Made by a program: the position numbers and the translations under genes
Part shown: positions 40,160-52,720 of the stretch, in pieces
How the letters are laid out: every line of letters starts with the position of its first letter
Position numbering within the stretch: the first letter of the stretch is position 1
Notes under the pieces: model-generated
The model's database searches: none
What the model was told of the DNA's origin: nothing
What the model saw: the letters and a program-made list of their open reading frames with translations, nothing else
NCBI GenBank assembly: GCA_002633005.1
Contig: NMRA01000023.1
Location: 1,270,396 to 1,334,395 of the forward strand
DNA: 64,000 nt
DNA from: Phoronis australis
Lineage: Eukaryota; Animalia; Phoronida
Direction of reading: 5' to 3'

Positions 40160-40931
40160 ATGGGCGAGAAGTGCTGAGACTGATCGTATCAGAAGGAAAG
40201 CAAGTTCGTGACTATCACATTCTTGATTTTTTAGTCTCAAGCCAAATTAAGGTTCATTTAGTAGCATTGATGTATCTTTTTATCTTGTCAATGATTGGTC
40301 GTAAGAGTATGTAATTATACAATAATCATGTTAAAAGGTTTATCCAAAGTTTTGTTGCGGTGACAGTGATGAGATAATCCATTAATTAAGTGACAGTATT
40401 CTGTAACGTTACATGAGGTTACCTCTAAAGATTATAGTTTTTATCTTAATATCTCATTTGGAGATTCTTAAGCAGCACAATCAACGTTTTTATGTGCTCT
40501 GAATCTTGGTCACCTCTTGTTGCAGTTTTCCTTGTCTACATGTTCATTTAATTGCCACATCCCAAATTCAGCTCTCCTCTTTTGCGAAGGTAGAAAACGC
40601 ATTGACTTAGTCAAACTGTGGGGTCACTAACACAGTCTGCAGTGAGTAGGGCATCGCGTCCAACTGGACTTTTCAATTTTGTATGTCAGCATTGTAACAT
40701 TTTGTGGAATAGGGAACCTTAATTGGTACAAAAAGTCTCCATGGCAAAGCAGTATTGACATAAAATGGCTATTAGCACAGCAGCCGTAGCAGTGACCTGC
40801 TGATGTACAGCATTGTGGGTAAGTGATGTAGAATCAGAAACGGAGTTGTGATACACTTTATGGACTGGTTCTTGGAAAATTATGATTAGATAGATCATGT
40901 TTATTTGTCCTATAATTTTAATCAGAAACAA

Positions 40932-40937
40932 AATAAA
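40932..40937 (+). terminator. candidate polyadenylation signal for BDH2
   Basis: AATAAA about 770 bp after the stop codon; no transcript evidence. Confidence 0.35.
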
Positions 40938-41479
40938 TTCATTCCATGCTGCAAATTCTTTGGCTATTATTTTCTAGTACAGACATGTAAACTTTGAGGC
41001 ATATGTGTGTATCAGCTGGCACACAAGTAAGTCAATAACTGTACTCTACCAGGACTATCGGGCATGGGGCAGAGTTCAACATTTCTTCCTGGTCAGATTA
41101 TTTCGACATGTAACCACATGCAGCATTTCGGTTGAAAAGTCATGGCATTATCTTGTAATGTCATGCTTCAAAAGCAATGCTAAGCGACAATTTCTGATTT
41201 TGTTAGTTTGGTTTCATTTCTTCTACTTTCCTAAGTTGTCTGTTTGCTAACTGGGCCTTGATTTCCAGGACATGTTTGCAAGAGCTTTGGTTGGCCCATT
41301 CGTGAACATGACTGTCTCGCCATCCAGTGACTGGCAGAAAGTACTGTAGCAGAGCCTTGATCTGATAAGTTTAAAGTTATTGTCACTGTACTGGCATTAT
41401 AGGGCCGGTCGCAATTTTGAGAGAGTGTTTGTCAATTTTGATTTTCACCTGGCAATATGGGCGCTTGGTCACATGCAAC

Positions 41480-41890
41480 TACATGACCACGACCTTGACT
41501 TTCTAGTACTCCGTGGGGTTTGTGTATTTTTGTATTTTACATGCAAACTGGGTCGACTATATGTTCCGTTCCTTCATAAAGACCGCCTTGAACTGCACCT
41601 CGATCATATACAAGCTACTGTATTGCTCCTTCTAAAATCTCTTGGTCTGTTTACACCAATTTATAGCTTATTTGCATTAGCACGACATTACTCCGCTGGT
41701 CTTCAGGTGTTGAAGAGGCCAATACTATTACTACGTCACCATCTCAAAGAGGTTTTAGGATGTGGTTCACTGAATTACTACCATCCTGGATGTTATGTAA
41801 CCCAAGTTCCACTTGACCAGGGTTTCACAGCTATACTTGTGTGGTCCTCCAGTTTTGGGCAATGTGGCTTAGTGGTAAACCGGTGCCGAT
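41480..41890 (-). mobile_element. possible decayed Gypsy-type pol C-terminal fragment
   Basis: The minus strand shows KPL*DGDVV...SY..V*TD and PRSTRKSR, loosely resembling post-integrase Gypsy sequence, with many stops. Confidence 0.25.
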
Positions 41891-42039
41891 GACGAACTCT
41901 ACTCAACCAAAAGGTGGACGTGTTTCAGTCAATTCAGTTTTAATTTGTTTAGAAAATTAGGGTGTGGAATTATTCTCTGCACCGGCTTTGTCGCCATCCT
42001 TGTTCGTAGTTTTAAATTTTCAATTCGAATGACTTTAAA

Positions 42040-42698
42040 AGAGGTCTGCAACGCAAAAACAGACTATATTGCAATATTCAAAGCGGCGGCTTCCTGCCTC
42101 TGAAACGGAATTGAATCTGCTCATCAGGTATTTTTACGGTTTGAAGATTTTGAATTTCTGTTGATGTTAAAGAATTATTCTTTTATATTCAAATTTCCAA
42201 AAAACGATCTGTATTATTAAAATATATTCTTCATTATGATTATTCTACTTATTTAAACAACGTAGGTGTGACTTGTTTTGTGTTTTCTGATGACAAAATA
42301 AAGTATCAATCTATCTATCTTCTAAAATGCACTTGACATTAATTTTGGAAAATTGCTTGCTTCATTCTATTGGCTTGCCAAATACAGTGCTGTTGACCTC
42401 GGATTCGGAGTGCGATCACATATGATAATCTGCTGTTGTACATCTTGTCATTCAGCTGTTCTGATGACTGAGCGCATGCGCGCATTTATCATACGTGGGA
42501 AGGCGATGAGAAACTGTGATGACTACAAGGTTTTCCTTGGCGCGTATTTCAAAAATCGTGAATTTTGTGATTTTTTCCTGGAAATTCCCTCACAGGGGAA
42601 AGCGAATAACTCTGTACTAGACGTTGCGAGGTGGTACTTTTGTCAATCAGGGATTAATTGAAAGATATTTTTGACGGACTTTTGCGTTCCATGCCTCT
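42040..42698. mobile_element. Kolobok-like TTAA MITE
   Basis: ttaa(a)|AGAGGTCTGCAACGCAAAA...TTTTGCGTTCCATGCCTCT|ttaa, a 19-bp TIR with 3 mismatches. Confidence 0.65.
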
Positions 42699-44979
42699 TT
42701 AACATACGACGCCTTGATACTGTCAAACTTACCCGAAACCGTTGATGTGATTACGGAACTAACTGATGAAGGCTTATATCGGGAACACTGTCCATTTTTG
42801 TCGCAAGTCATAGGACTTGTCATTAGCTGCAGTTGAAATACGTTGGACAATGACTTTGAGTAAAAGTAGTGGAGGCCATTTTGGGGTAAAAAGTACGCTT
42901 TCGTCCTTTTGGTTCATGGGACGTCAGCCATCAAATGGGTGGATCAAATCTCGTTGAGGAAACATTTTGCTGGATAATTGCTTTAGTTAGAAACACGCTG
43001 TGTTGTTTTAAACAATTTTTTGGAATTCTGAGGTAGTTTTGGTTCTGAGCAGCCTCACAAACCCGTGCTGCCATTTTGGTGCTCTCGTAACATGTAATGG
43101 TTAAAGAACGTTATTGGTTTTTACGGCCAAAAAACAAATTTTTAGGGTTATTGGTGGATTGGAGAGTTGTTGAAGTTCTCAGCTTTGATCAGAGCCACAA
43201 AACAAAACAATCCCTTGTGTTTTTGTGGGTTCATTACCCTGAAGTCGACAATTCTCGACGCTGTCTTGTCAGACATTCGCTGAAATCAATGTTGAAAACT
43301 ACCCTGCCACTGGGTGCAGTTTAGGGGACACAGTACAGTTCTCATTAGGCTGTGCCCTGCCACTGTGTGCAGTTTAGGGGGCACAGAACAGTTCTCATTA
43401 AAAGTGGAGAATTTCTCGCTTACAATGGTCACCGCTCAGATTCCCTTAGCCCCTGACAAGTTTTACGATGCCTATTCAGCAAGCTCTTTCTTTGATGAAG
43501 ATCTGAGCTAATGAAGTGCAAAGGTAGCATTACTGTCTCAACAATGGTTGTTGTTAGTGCCCCAATTTGGTTTTCTCTGATATTTGCAGATTTATAGCCT
43601 GCAACTCTGGAGAGTAGTTTTAACTTGGTACATTATAAATATTACAAAATGACTAAAAAGGTTATTTCGTGTTTATCTTCATAAAGGGCCACTTCCCAAA
43701 GGGACGATATATGTCATATTGGTTTTCGTTACTTAATTTTTAATGCTCTTCCCACTTGTTATTTTTTTCGTACCGGGAACGGCTTGATAACTTTTTATCT
43801 AAGTTTTAAGCTTGAAGTACCAAAACAGTGGTAGAGTTTGATCGCCAGCGAAACTTAATTAGTTATTAATAATTTCATTGTGAGCCCATCCCTGAACTTT
43901 CCACTACATTAAAGGTACACTAAACATTCCGCGTGTAATTAAAGTTTAAATCTTTATTAGAACTCAAATCATAAAATATATACAAAAGTGCAAATATGGT
44001 GATAACGAAACTGAAGATTTGGAATCTCTGGACAATTTCGGTGGCTGATTATATAACTATTCTAGCTTTTTGTCAGTAATAATAAATGAAAAATGGGCAC
44101 AAGTTAAGTACAACTGTTTCCTGGTCAAAAATCTGGTTAAACGAGATTGAAAGGATATTAAAAAATCAATCCATGTGATGTTGTTAACTCTGATCAGCGT
44201 TTGTATATCCACCGAGTATATCAATACGCGCGGTGTAGTTTATCTTCAATCATACCCAATGGTTGTAGTTTTTAGATTATTAGTTCATCGACTTTTAAAA
44301 ATCGAAAACCGTACTTGGTTGTTTTTTCCAAATGAATACCGCCGTGGTGTTCATTTTTAACAAAAATTAGTGGTTAATGCATTTTGAAAAGTTGCCATTA
44401 TGTACAGTCTGACTGAGACTTCCTTGTAAGCGTATTATTCTGGTATGTAGGCGGTGCCTATGACAACAGACATCAATGCACTTGTCACTTTTCTTCACTT
44501 TGTCTCGGTATGCCGGACAAAGAATGAGGTATTTTGAGTCATTTCACATCAAAAGCTGTACAAATGAGCAAAGAAACTTTATTGTGTCCTATGTGTTTTT
44601 GGTCCTTTCACTCCTACTAAAAAGCAAGGTAGGCTAAGAAAAAAGTGGACACAACGCACGAAATTGGCACTTTTCACTCCAAAACCACCACTTCGCTGCC
44701 AACACACGACATAAGACACCGTTATTAGTACCAGCAGGTTCACAAAATACAAGCAAACCACATTCACTGGGCATCTTACAGTGAGTCTAGAAAAACACTA
44801 ATGTCATTGCATACATGTACAAGCGTGGTGGTGCCGTCTGTTCACTGCACACTTTGCGATAAATTAATTGAAATTAAACCGTATTACAAATACCAAGATG
44901 TTACATTCTCCTGTCCTCTCAATTGGAGTCAATCCTGCAAAATTCTTGCAGTACACAGGCTCGAAAAAAATTAAATTTG

Positions 44980-45205
44980 ATAAAGGCCTCTTTGACATGT
45001 CTAAATTACACTGCGCTTCACCGTCAGTCATTTTTAAGCTGTTTGCTAGTATGAATCTACCAATGCTAAGCCATGCTGCAGAGATCTGGGGGAGGGGGTG
45101 TCTCAATAGTCATGGAAAGTGTTCTTAACCATTTCTACAAGAATGCCTTGCGACTAAACAAAAAGAAGTCAAATGCCATGGCTAGGGGCGAATGTGGTAG
45201 ATATA
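44980..45205 (+). mobile_element. RTE-X-like LINE ORF2 fragment
   Basis: SPSVIFKLFASMNLPMLSHAAEIWG...FYKNALRLNKKKSNAMARGECGRY matches the usual post-RT pattern LF..PIL.Y..EIWG...N....GE.GR. Confidence 0.7.
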
Positions 45206-45219
45206 TGTTGTGATTGGCA

Positions 45220-45840
45220 GCCATCTATTTCGAGAGACAATGGATATTCGCCCTCTGTCGATCACTGGTTGGATTGCAGCGTTTCCTGTGGCTAAAAAGT
45301 CCGATTCTGGAGCGGCAAGTTCTTTTGCATTTGTCACAGATGTATACTTGGTCTTGATCAGGAGCAGATGCTGCCCTCTGACGACTGTGTTCTTTAAGTA
45401 GTACCTGTTTTTTCTTCTCGTCTTTGCTCACTGGTTTTAATGTACGACTTGACAGTCGACCTCAACGACTTGCTGAGATCGGAGGCCACAGCTTCCCAGG
45501 CTACGACCTTGGTGTTTCCCGTCTTCAGATCACGCTTGCAAACATCTTAATAACGAAACGTGGGCCTTCCTGCAGGTCTGGTTCCAGTGACAAGCTCTCC
45601 ATAAAGTATGTCCTTTGGCATTCTCCCAGCGCCTATGCGCCTCGCGTGGCCAACCCAGCGGAGGCGCATCTGGCTAGGCCTAATCATCTTTGCGTACATA
45701 GACAGTCCCACCTGGGTTAGAACTTTGTTGTTGGAGACATGATCCTGCCATTTTATGCCGAGTATCCGGTCTTCCCAGGCACCGCATATGAAAAGGGTTG
45801 AGTCCTGTGCTCTTGACGGGTGTATAGGGACCATTATTCG
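45220..45840 (-). mobile_element. RTE-clade (BovB-like) LINE 3' fragment
   Basis: RILGIKWQDHVSNNKVL...RLRWVGHARRIGAGRMPKDILYGELVTGTRPAGRPTFRY*DVCKRDLK, plus the terminal zinc finger YICDKCKRTCRSRIGLFSHRKRC. Confidence 0.9.
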
Positions 45841-48800
45841 CTGCTGTATAGGAGAGTGCTGATGATTCGAGGCTGGTAGACCACAACGTTTTGAGTAAAA
45901 AATGGTAGCTGACTGATTGAGTGATCGACTTCCGATCGAAAGCCCAAACATCACCATTTGCATGAATTAGCTCAGAGCGGATGTTACGACTCATAATACA
46001 CTGTAAGACAATTACTGACTTTCGCATTCAGTCATTATGTTATGTTTGATTATCAGACCCAAAATGCGAGAATGACCTCGGCAAAAGTCGTCTTGGGGTG
46101 TAAATAACTTTGTGTAATGACACTGATGCCGACATAAAAACTCTCAACGTAAACGAAATGCAAATAGGTGCTACTTGAATTCGTTTTCTGCCGTCGAGTA
46201 TCGCAGAAGGATTTAATGCTTCAGCACAAAACTTGCTGAGATTTGGTAAGCCAGCTGAGTATTTTTAAGTTATTGATTTTCGAAATGTTTTTGTTGGTAT
46301 AGTCGTAGCGTGATGAGTTTACATGTCGGCCAAGAATCCCCAACAAATGGCCAAGCTATGCTGCCGCATGTAATATTGACCGTTGAGCAAACTGAAAACA
46401 AAAGCTTGCGTCTAATGCAGTGAAGTTCTATAAATTGAATAAGTTCCCCAACTGTCCCATATTTCCAGTCTCCCGCGGTACCAATTCACGGGGAAACTTT
46501 CATTTGAGTAGTCGCAATTGGTTTGTGATTCAATTGAAGCTACTTCCCGGAGACTGTAGAAATGTTAATTTGACTATAAGGCCCCCGCTGACGTAGAGCT
46601 ATGCGCCTCGAATGCAAAAGAACTTTGATCGTGGCTCATGAATGCCTCATTTATTGGATATCTTTTACCTGGCGTACCCGGCCACGTTGAGTACTTTGAC
46701 GATTACCTTCTTTAGCCAATGAAAATTAACTATTGCCTGACCTGACACAAAAACCTCTCTCACTGGCTCGTGTATACTATATTTTCGATGATTATTACGA
46801 GCGTCGTCGAGCGTTTTGCCTCGCTGTGTGCCGGTAACCCCCATCGAGCTGTGGGCCTGATGTGAAGTTTATCTCACTGAATAGTTACTTGCACGTACAT
46901 TGTGGCTTGACAAATACTCACCGGCCTGTAAACTAGGTTTGTGGTAATCGACGTAGTGACCAACAGTTGCAATAAGCCATTGAGAAAGATTTTTGTGAGC
47001 TGGTGCACCGCTTGCATTTTTTACCAAAACTCCGTATTTCAGACAAAAATCTCCCGAGAGCGCTACGTATAGGCCTAGTTTCTTGCTAGCAAAGTAAGCT
47101 TTCTCAAGTCTAAACTTCGCGAGTGTCGCGAGTATGCGTGGGATTAGGTGACACTCATTATTGTTTCAGTGAGCCGCGGATGAATACAGTGTATACAGGT
47201 CCCAATTTTCTAAGCATTGTAAATGTTGTGCTGCATGCGAAGGCCGCGGGTGACATTTCTGACTCCTTGGCCATTTTGGTGGATCATCCACCAAAATGAT
47301 GGTTTTCTTAAACCTTTATTGCTTGAAAGTGGAAAGCTGAAACTTGTTCACTTGGACAAAATCTGGCTGGTCGACGTACATGTATATACTAGTCTCTGTA
47401 ATCTGGCTGTTCGACATGCTAGTTTCTGTAATCTGGCTGGTCGACATACTAGTTTCTATAATCTGGGTGGTTAGTTTGACTTCACTCAGTTCGTAATAAT
47501 CGCATGTGAATGCTGATTTAGAGGTAAAAACTGTTGATTTGGTGTATTTTTGTTCGCTTTTAAGTACCTGTCTGCACTCTCATAAGCAGTAGTCCTAAAT
47601 GATGGAAAAGTTGCCGGACTTAATTTGGAATCAATTTCAATACCAGTTTTTGAATTAATTAAGTCTTTGGCCCTGTATACTGTTCATATTTTTAGGTTTT
47701 GGGCCCGTCCATGTGAAACACGCTTTGAAGCTTCCAAGGCGTGTGTTGGCAAGTCCAAAAACAACGAAAACGGTTGAGTGCCACCTCACTTTTGGCGGCT
47801 CAAAAATGGAGTGTTTTGTCGACCAGACTCGAGTGTTGAATTGTGAATTCATTGTCCTCGTGTAAACAATCTCAAACTAATGTCTTGTGATCTACTGAAC
47901 TAACGGCTGATCAGATGGTGCCATTTTTAGTTCATGAGTTTTGAAAATTACGTGAGCATCTCGACACTACGATACCTTTCTTAGGGAACCTGCCGAGTGC
48001 TCTCTATGAACTGGGACAGTTCAATGGAACTCAAGAGATTTGCGTACGACACGGGGTCAACTAAGAAAAACGCACAAGGACATTTCATATGTGGAATTTT
48101 AAGCGGCATTATTAAACTGCAGATTTGTATAAGTTGGGACTGTAAACATTTTTAGGGTCCCGTGAATAAAACGGAGGGTGATAATATTGGTTTGTTTCGT
48201 AATAACTGTTCTGGTGAAACATTCCAATTTTTTCAAGAACTTATTTGACAAAACTGTCCAGCAAAGCCCACACAAGTGATAACTTCCGGCACCAATGCGT
48301 CCTATAGCAGAGGTAGCGTGTGTCTCTTCCAAGGGTGACTTTTTCAGCAACTGTTCCCTACAAAAGGGCTCATTGAGAGTTCGATAACTTAGTTTCCTTT
48401 TTGAAGTACTTACAAACCTACAACAGGGGTTTTATTTTTATCCACATTTTTAACAATTTGCAAATTATGTGCTCATTTTTAGCCACATGCCATCTTTTCT
48501 TGTACGGCTTCAGGTTGATTAAATGGTTTATGCAAGTACTTCAACGGAAGGGCTACAATTTCGTTGGAATCAGTTCTCACGAATGGGCCTCTTTTTCGAA
48601 TCCACTCTCTAAATTGGTGGTTATGCGGCTACATGTCCAGCTGCGCCTCGTTAAAATAATCGAGACCCCCCCAAGGCGATGTAAATTAAAACTTGAAGGA
48701 CGTGCCGTAATTTGTTTGTCATCATTGCGAATTCTGTTTAAATATGGACATAGAAACCAGAGACATACAAATGGATTTTGGTTTAGTGCAAAAGCTTTTT

Positions 48801-51394
48801 TCTGTGAAGTGTGAAGAAGAATGCCAAGCCTAATGTAATAGCAAAAATGTTATGACTGATGGAAAAATGTATGAAAGTGTAGTAATTGGCTTTAATTTAC
48901 ATTGCAAAATGCATGAATTTGTCCAATTAACTGACGTACCTTTTTGATTCTTGCTTTATTCACGCTCGGCATAATGTTCATAATGCCCACGGTGCTATAT
49001 TTTCAAAGGCTTGTGGTCTATTGAGAATCAGCTTATTATTGTAATTTAGAGTGAATGCTTACTGTACCATAGTCCTAACGACTCTGAATTTTTCAATAAT
49101 AACGCTGTATGTGTTCTGTTTGTTTTGAAGCCCAGTTTACCAAATCAATATTCTGTGGTTTACCACTGGCTGCTACACAACTGTGACTGTGAATTACTGT
49201 AACTCTCCCAACGATCACAACTTCATTAACTAATTGATTAATTACTCGCAAGAAATGTGGCCATTCGCTATTGTCCGGGGACTCCAGTCTGTTCGCGCAT
49301 TGTGTTGTGATAGGGTCAATTCGATTTATCTTGTATAAATAAGTAAACCAATTATGAACTTGTCCTAGCACAATAATTTGGACAAAAGCTTAGGATCAGC
49401 GTTTTGTTTTCTTTAGTAGAGCCACTGTCCACATAACATTAATAAATACCGTGGAACGACTTCACGGAACTTCGGTGTACGGAAGCCTTTCGAGGACATC
49501 GATTCTTCATTATTACTCGTTTATTTTTGATATTTTAAGTTTTCAATTACCTCTAACAAGTAGCTTGCTTGAAGAATCAAAAGCCAATGTAAAAATTCAA
49601 GAGTTTCAAGTCGCCACTCTATTTTGTTGTAGGCCTACCCTTTGCCCGAAGTTTTGCACACGGGACCCGGGCGTACTGCATGCAGCAATTGTGTGAGATG
49701 AGCGTTTTCAGCCGTGTTAAGACTGCGTGAATACCGCTACCCTGTTCGCCTTTTGAGAACACCCTTGACAAATTCTGAACGTGCACTCATTCCTGGCCTT
49801 TTATGAACACGTTTTTAAATGCTATTGACGCAGTAAGTGTTTTGAGTTTGCAGCAATGTGGACTCGCTGGTTCCCTGCGTGCCGCTAGGTGGTCAGTAGC
49901 CAGCACACAGGTATCACTTAATTTTCCTAGGGAAATTTTTGTACACCGGCGTTTCTGATTGGTTAGTCGAATTCTCAACAGGCAGCGCTTTACGCAAACA
50001 AACTGGCATGACTGATGGACTGAAGTGTAAATGTGGTCCGTTGTACAGACAAATCGGTGCTTAAAGTGTATGTTCAGGAAATGTGAATCCTAGAAATTGT
50101 GATTACGCCTTTTCGGAATGCATGTTTCTACTCTCGATGTCTTTTGTTTACGATACTGTCAATTTACTCAAAACGAAGCGGTTATTAGTACTTATGATAT
50201 GCCTAATTTACATTTGTAAATATTAGGGTCGCAGGGCACTTTTCACGGCCGTGTAATGCGAGCGCAACTTACCACAGCAGTCATGATGTAAACAAGTACA
50301 CTTGTTCCTTGTAGGCCTACAAATGGTCCTTACGAGTGTAAAATTCAAAAGTTAACACGAGAGCGGGATTTACGAGCTTACGTCACAAGCATAAACTACG
50401 AGCGTAAAGTTACATATGACGTGGGAACGAAATTTTACGGACGACGACACTATTAGAATTCAGTCACTCACCGTCCACCGTACAGTTACAACAATCACCA
50501 TGATGACCGGCGACAGTTTCACATCAACGTCAACCAGAGATACTCGACTAGGTTGACTAGGCTAATTTCGACGGCGTTTGGTCATACACCTGGTCGTACT
50601 TCTTAGTGATCACTGTTCAAAGTAGTTCTACCGGCAAACTCATGTACTTTTCACCCTAGTGCCAGTGTAACTGGCAAATGTTGACTTCCCGTTGTTCTAA
50701 CCATTCTTCTGTCAAAATTTAGGCGATCACTTTTACATCTTGTTACGTGAAACGTACAGCTTATTCGAAGAAAAATGTGAACAACGATAGAAGCAATGGT
50801 ACGTGTTGTGGGGCGTAGACGCACGTAGACACGGGTAGACGCACGTAGACTCACGTAGATAGATAGATAGATAGTAAGCAACTCATAATACAAATAGTCA
50901 TGCATCTTCACAAGTCGTTCCTACTACTGTAACTAAGCGCAGCTTCAGGTGACATGAGTGGACTTGTAGTTGTCGCACATAAACAACTACAGTGATTATA
51001 TTAGACTATATGTATAATGTGATTATATTAGACGATATGTATAATAGGATTACTTTCAGATATCAAAACATAAAAGGAAGCAAGGAGACTTTCAAAAATC
51101 ACGAACGCTACCTATAACTAAGTATTGGTTTCAGCAATTTATCTTACTACAAAAGCCGAATTAACGATCTGTTTCTAGTATCAGCAAAACGATTATATAT
51201 CTATGCAAACTGTGTACATGTACAAGGGACACATATCTAAGTACTACAATATAAACTACCGGTGCAGTAACAGGAGAAACTAAAAATAAGGTCACCTTAA
51301 GAATTAACGTAACAGGTTTGGCACATTAATGGACCCCATTAGAAAAGGGACGAATACGGCGCTATAGACGCAAGTAGACGCATTATACCACCTT

Positions 51395-51696
51395 TTATAC
51401 CACAGTATCAGCCTCGAATGGCGAATACAGCGGTGTAGACGACTCGAAACTTGCGGACCGGGTTCGAAACCGGCCTCGGTTCCCGCCAAAATGTTATCTC
51501 GCTAGTGAGATGGGTCAACGGTTATTACACGGTTGTATTGGCCATTCGAGGCTAATATTGTGGTATAAATAGATTATTACATGTTCTCAGTCGTTATCTC
51601 CCTCATCTAGAGCCCTCCTGGACTCTTGGAGAATTCTCCAAAATCCACTCGAGCTCTAGAATACGGAAGATAACGACTTCCCATGTAATAATCTAT
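51395..51696. mobile_element. hairpin/tRNA-like element, copy A (Crypton-like non-autonomous element, inferred)
   Basis: A core bounded by ~43-bp inverted repeats (TTATACCACA...TGTGGTATAA, 51395-51568) followed by a long hairpin at 51569-51696. Confidence 0.6.
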
Positions 51697-51735
51697 ATAA
51701 TACGCTATAGGCGATCGTAGACGCAGCTAGTATAT

Positions 51736-52531
51736 ATAGATTATTACATGGCGAAGTCGTTATCCCCCGTTATCTAGAGCCCGAGTGGATTTTGGTGAAT
51801 TATCGCCCGAGGGGCGTTAGCCCCGAGGGTGATAATTCTCCAAAATCCACGAGGGCTCTAGATAACGGGGGATAACGGCTGAGAACATGTAATAATCTAT
51901 TTATACCACATACTAAACGAGAAACATTGCAATGAATCGATTTACCTTTTCTGACTCTCCACGGCTTTGTAACTACTTTCTATGTCAGAGGCCCGGGGTC
52001 GGAGGTCGTGACCTTTTAAGAAAAGCCCGGCTATTTTTGTCAAATAATGCTTTTACTCAACACCAATTGAAAACTTAAATATTATAGAAATAAATTGAAT
52101 TTATAAATTAAGGTTTACCAACTATTATAGCTTAAAACACGTTTTTTTCACGCTAAGCTTCGACCGGGAAATTAGCGTCTGCTAAAGTAGGTTAGCACTG
52201 GTAACTGAATATGATTCTCAAGTCAAAGATCCTGACGACACGATACCCGCATTCAAAGTAGAGATCGGTGATTTACAAGTAAGAGGACATGGGAGAGAAA
52301 TTTCACCGAATTAAGATATCATTTTTATGGAAATTATGTGTCTTATTTTTCGTAGCGTATAAGTACAGTACACTGCGGTGGTGTAGTGGTAAAGTCGGCG
52401 ACCAGCAATATTAGGGTCCCGGGTTCGACCCCGTCCTCGGTTTCCCGCCAAATCGTTATCTCACTAGTGAGATAACTTTATGGGTTATTACACGGTTGTA
52501 TCTGCCATTTGACGCTAATATTGTGGTATAA
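51736..52531. mobile_element. hairpin/tRNA-like element, copy B (Crypton-like non-autonomous element, inferred)
   Basis: A 165-bp near-perfect hairpin at 51736-51900 (centre CCCGAGGGGCGTTAGCCCCGAGGG), then the core TTATACCACA (51901)...TGTGGTATAA (52531). Confidence 0.65.
52372..52441 (+). ncRNA. degenerate tRNA-derived sequence (Pol III box A/box B) inside element copy B; not a functional tRNA
   Basis: Box A GGTGTAGTGG and box B GGTTCGACCC are present, and the acceptor-like stem ACTGCGG/CCTCGGT is largely retained. The anticodon stem is broken (loop reads AGC). Confidence 0.6.
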
Positions 52532-52720
52532 ACCACCTTATACACTGTAGACGCATGTAGACGCAGTATACCACCTTATTCACTATAGACGCTTGCAGAC
52601 GCAGTATACCACCTTATTCACTATACGCATGTAGACGCAGTATACCACCTTATTCACTATAGACGCATATAGACGCAGTATACCACCTTATACACTATAG
52701 ACGCACGTAGACGCAGTATA
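52531..52720. repeat. ~38-bp minisatellite (tataccaccttattcactatagacgcatgtagacgcag); further units at 51360-51394 and 51697-51735
   Basis: 5 tandem units after element B, and split units flanking elements A and B. Confidence 0.9.

Noticed and set aside
47900-49400. ORFs 48099..48350, 48401..48814 and 49093..49371 as exons of a second gene
   Set aside because: No recognisable domain and no consistent splice-phase chain.
52372-52441. Functional tRNA-Ala(AGC) gene
   Set aside because: The anticodon stem does not pair, the T-stem is a base short, and the sequence is embedded in a repeat element.
52531-52720. Regular repeats as a possible CRISPR array
   Set aside because: They are head-to-tail tandem units without spacers.
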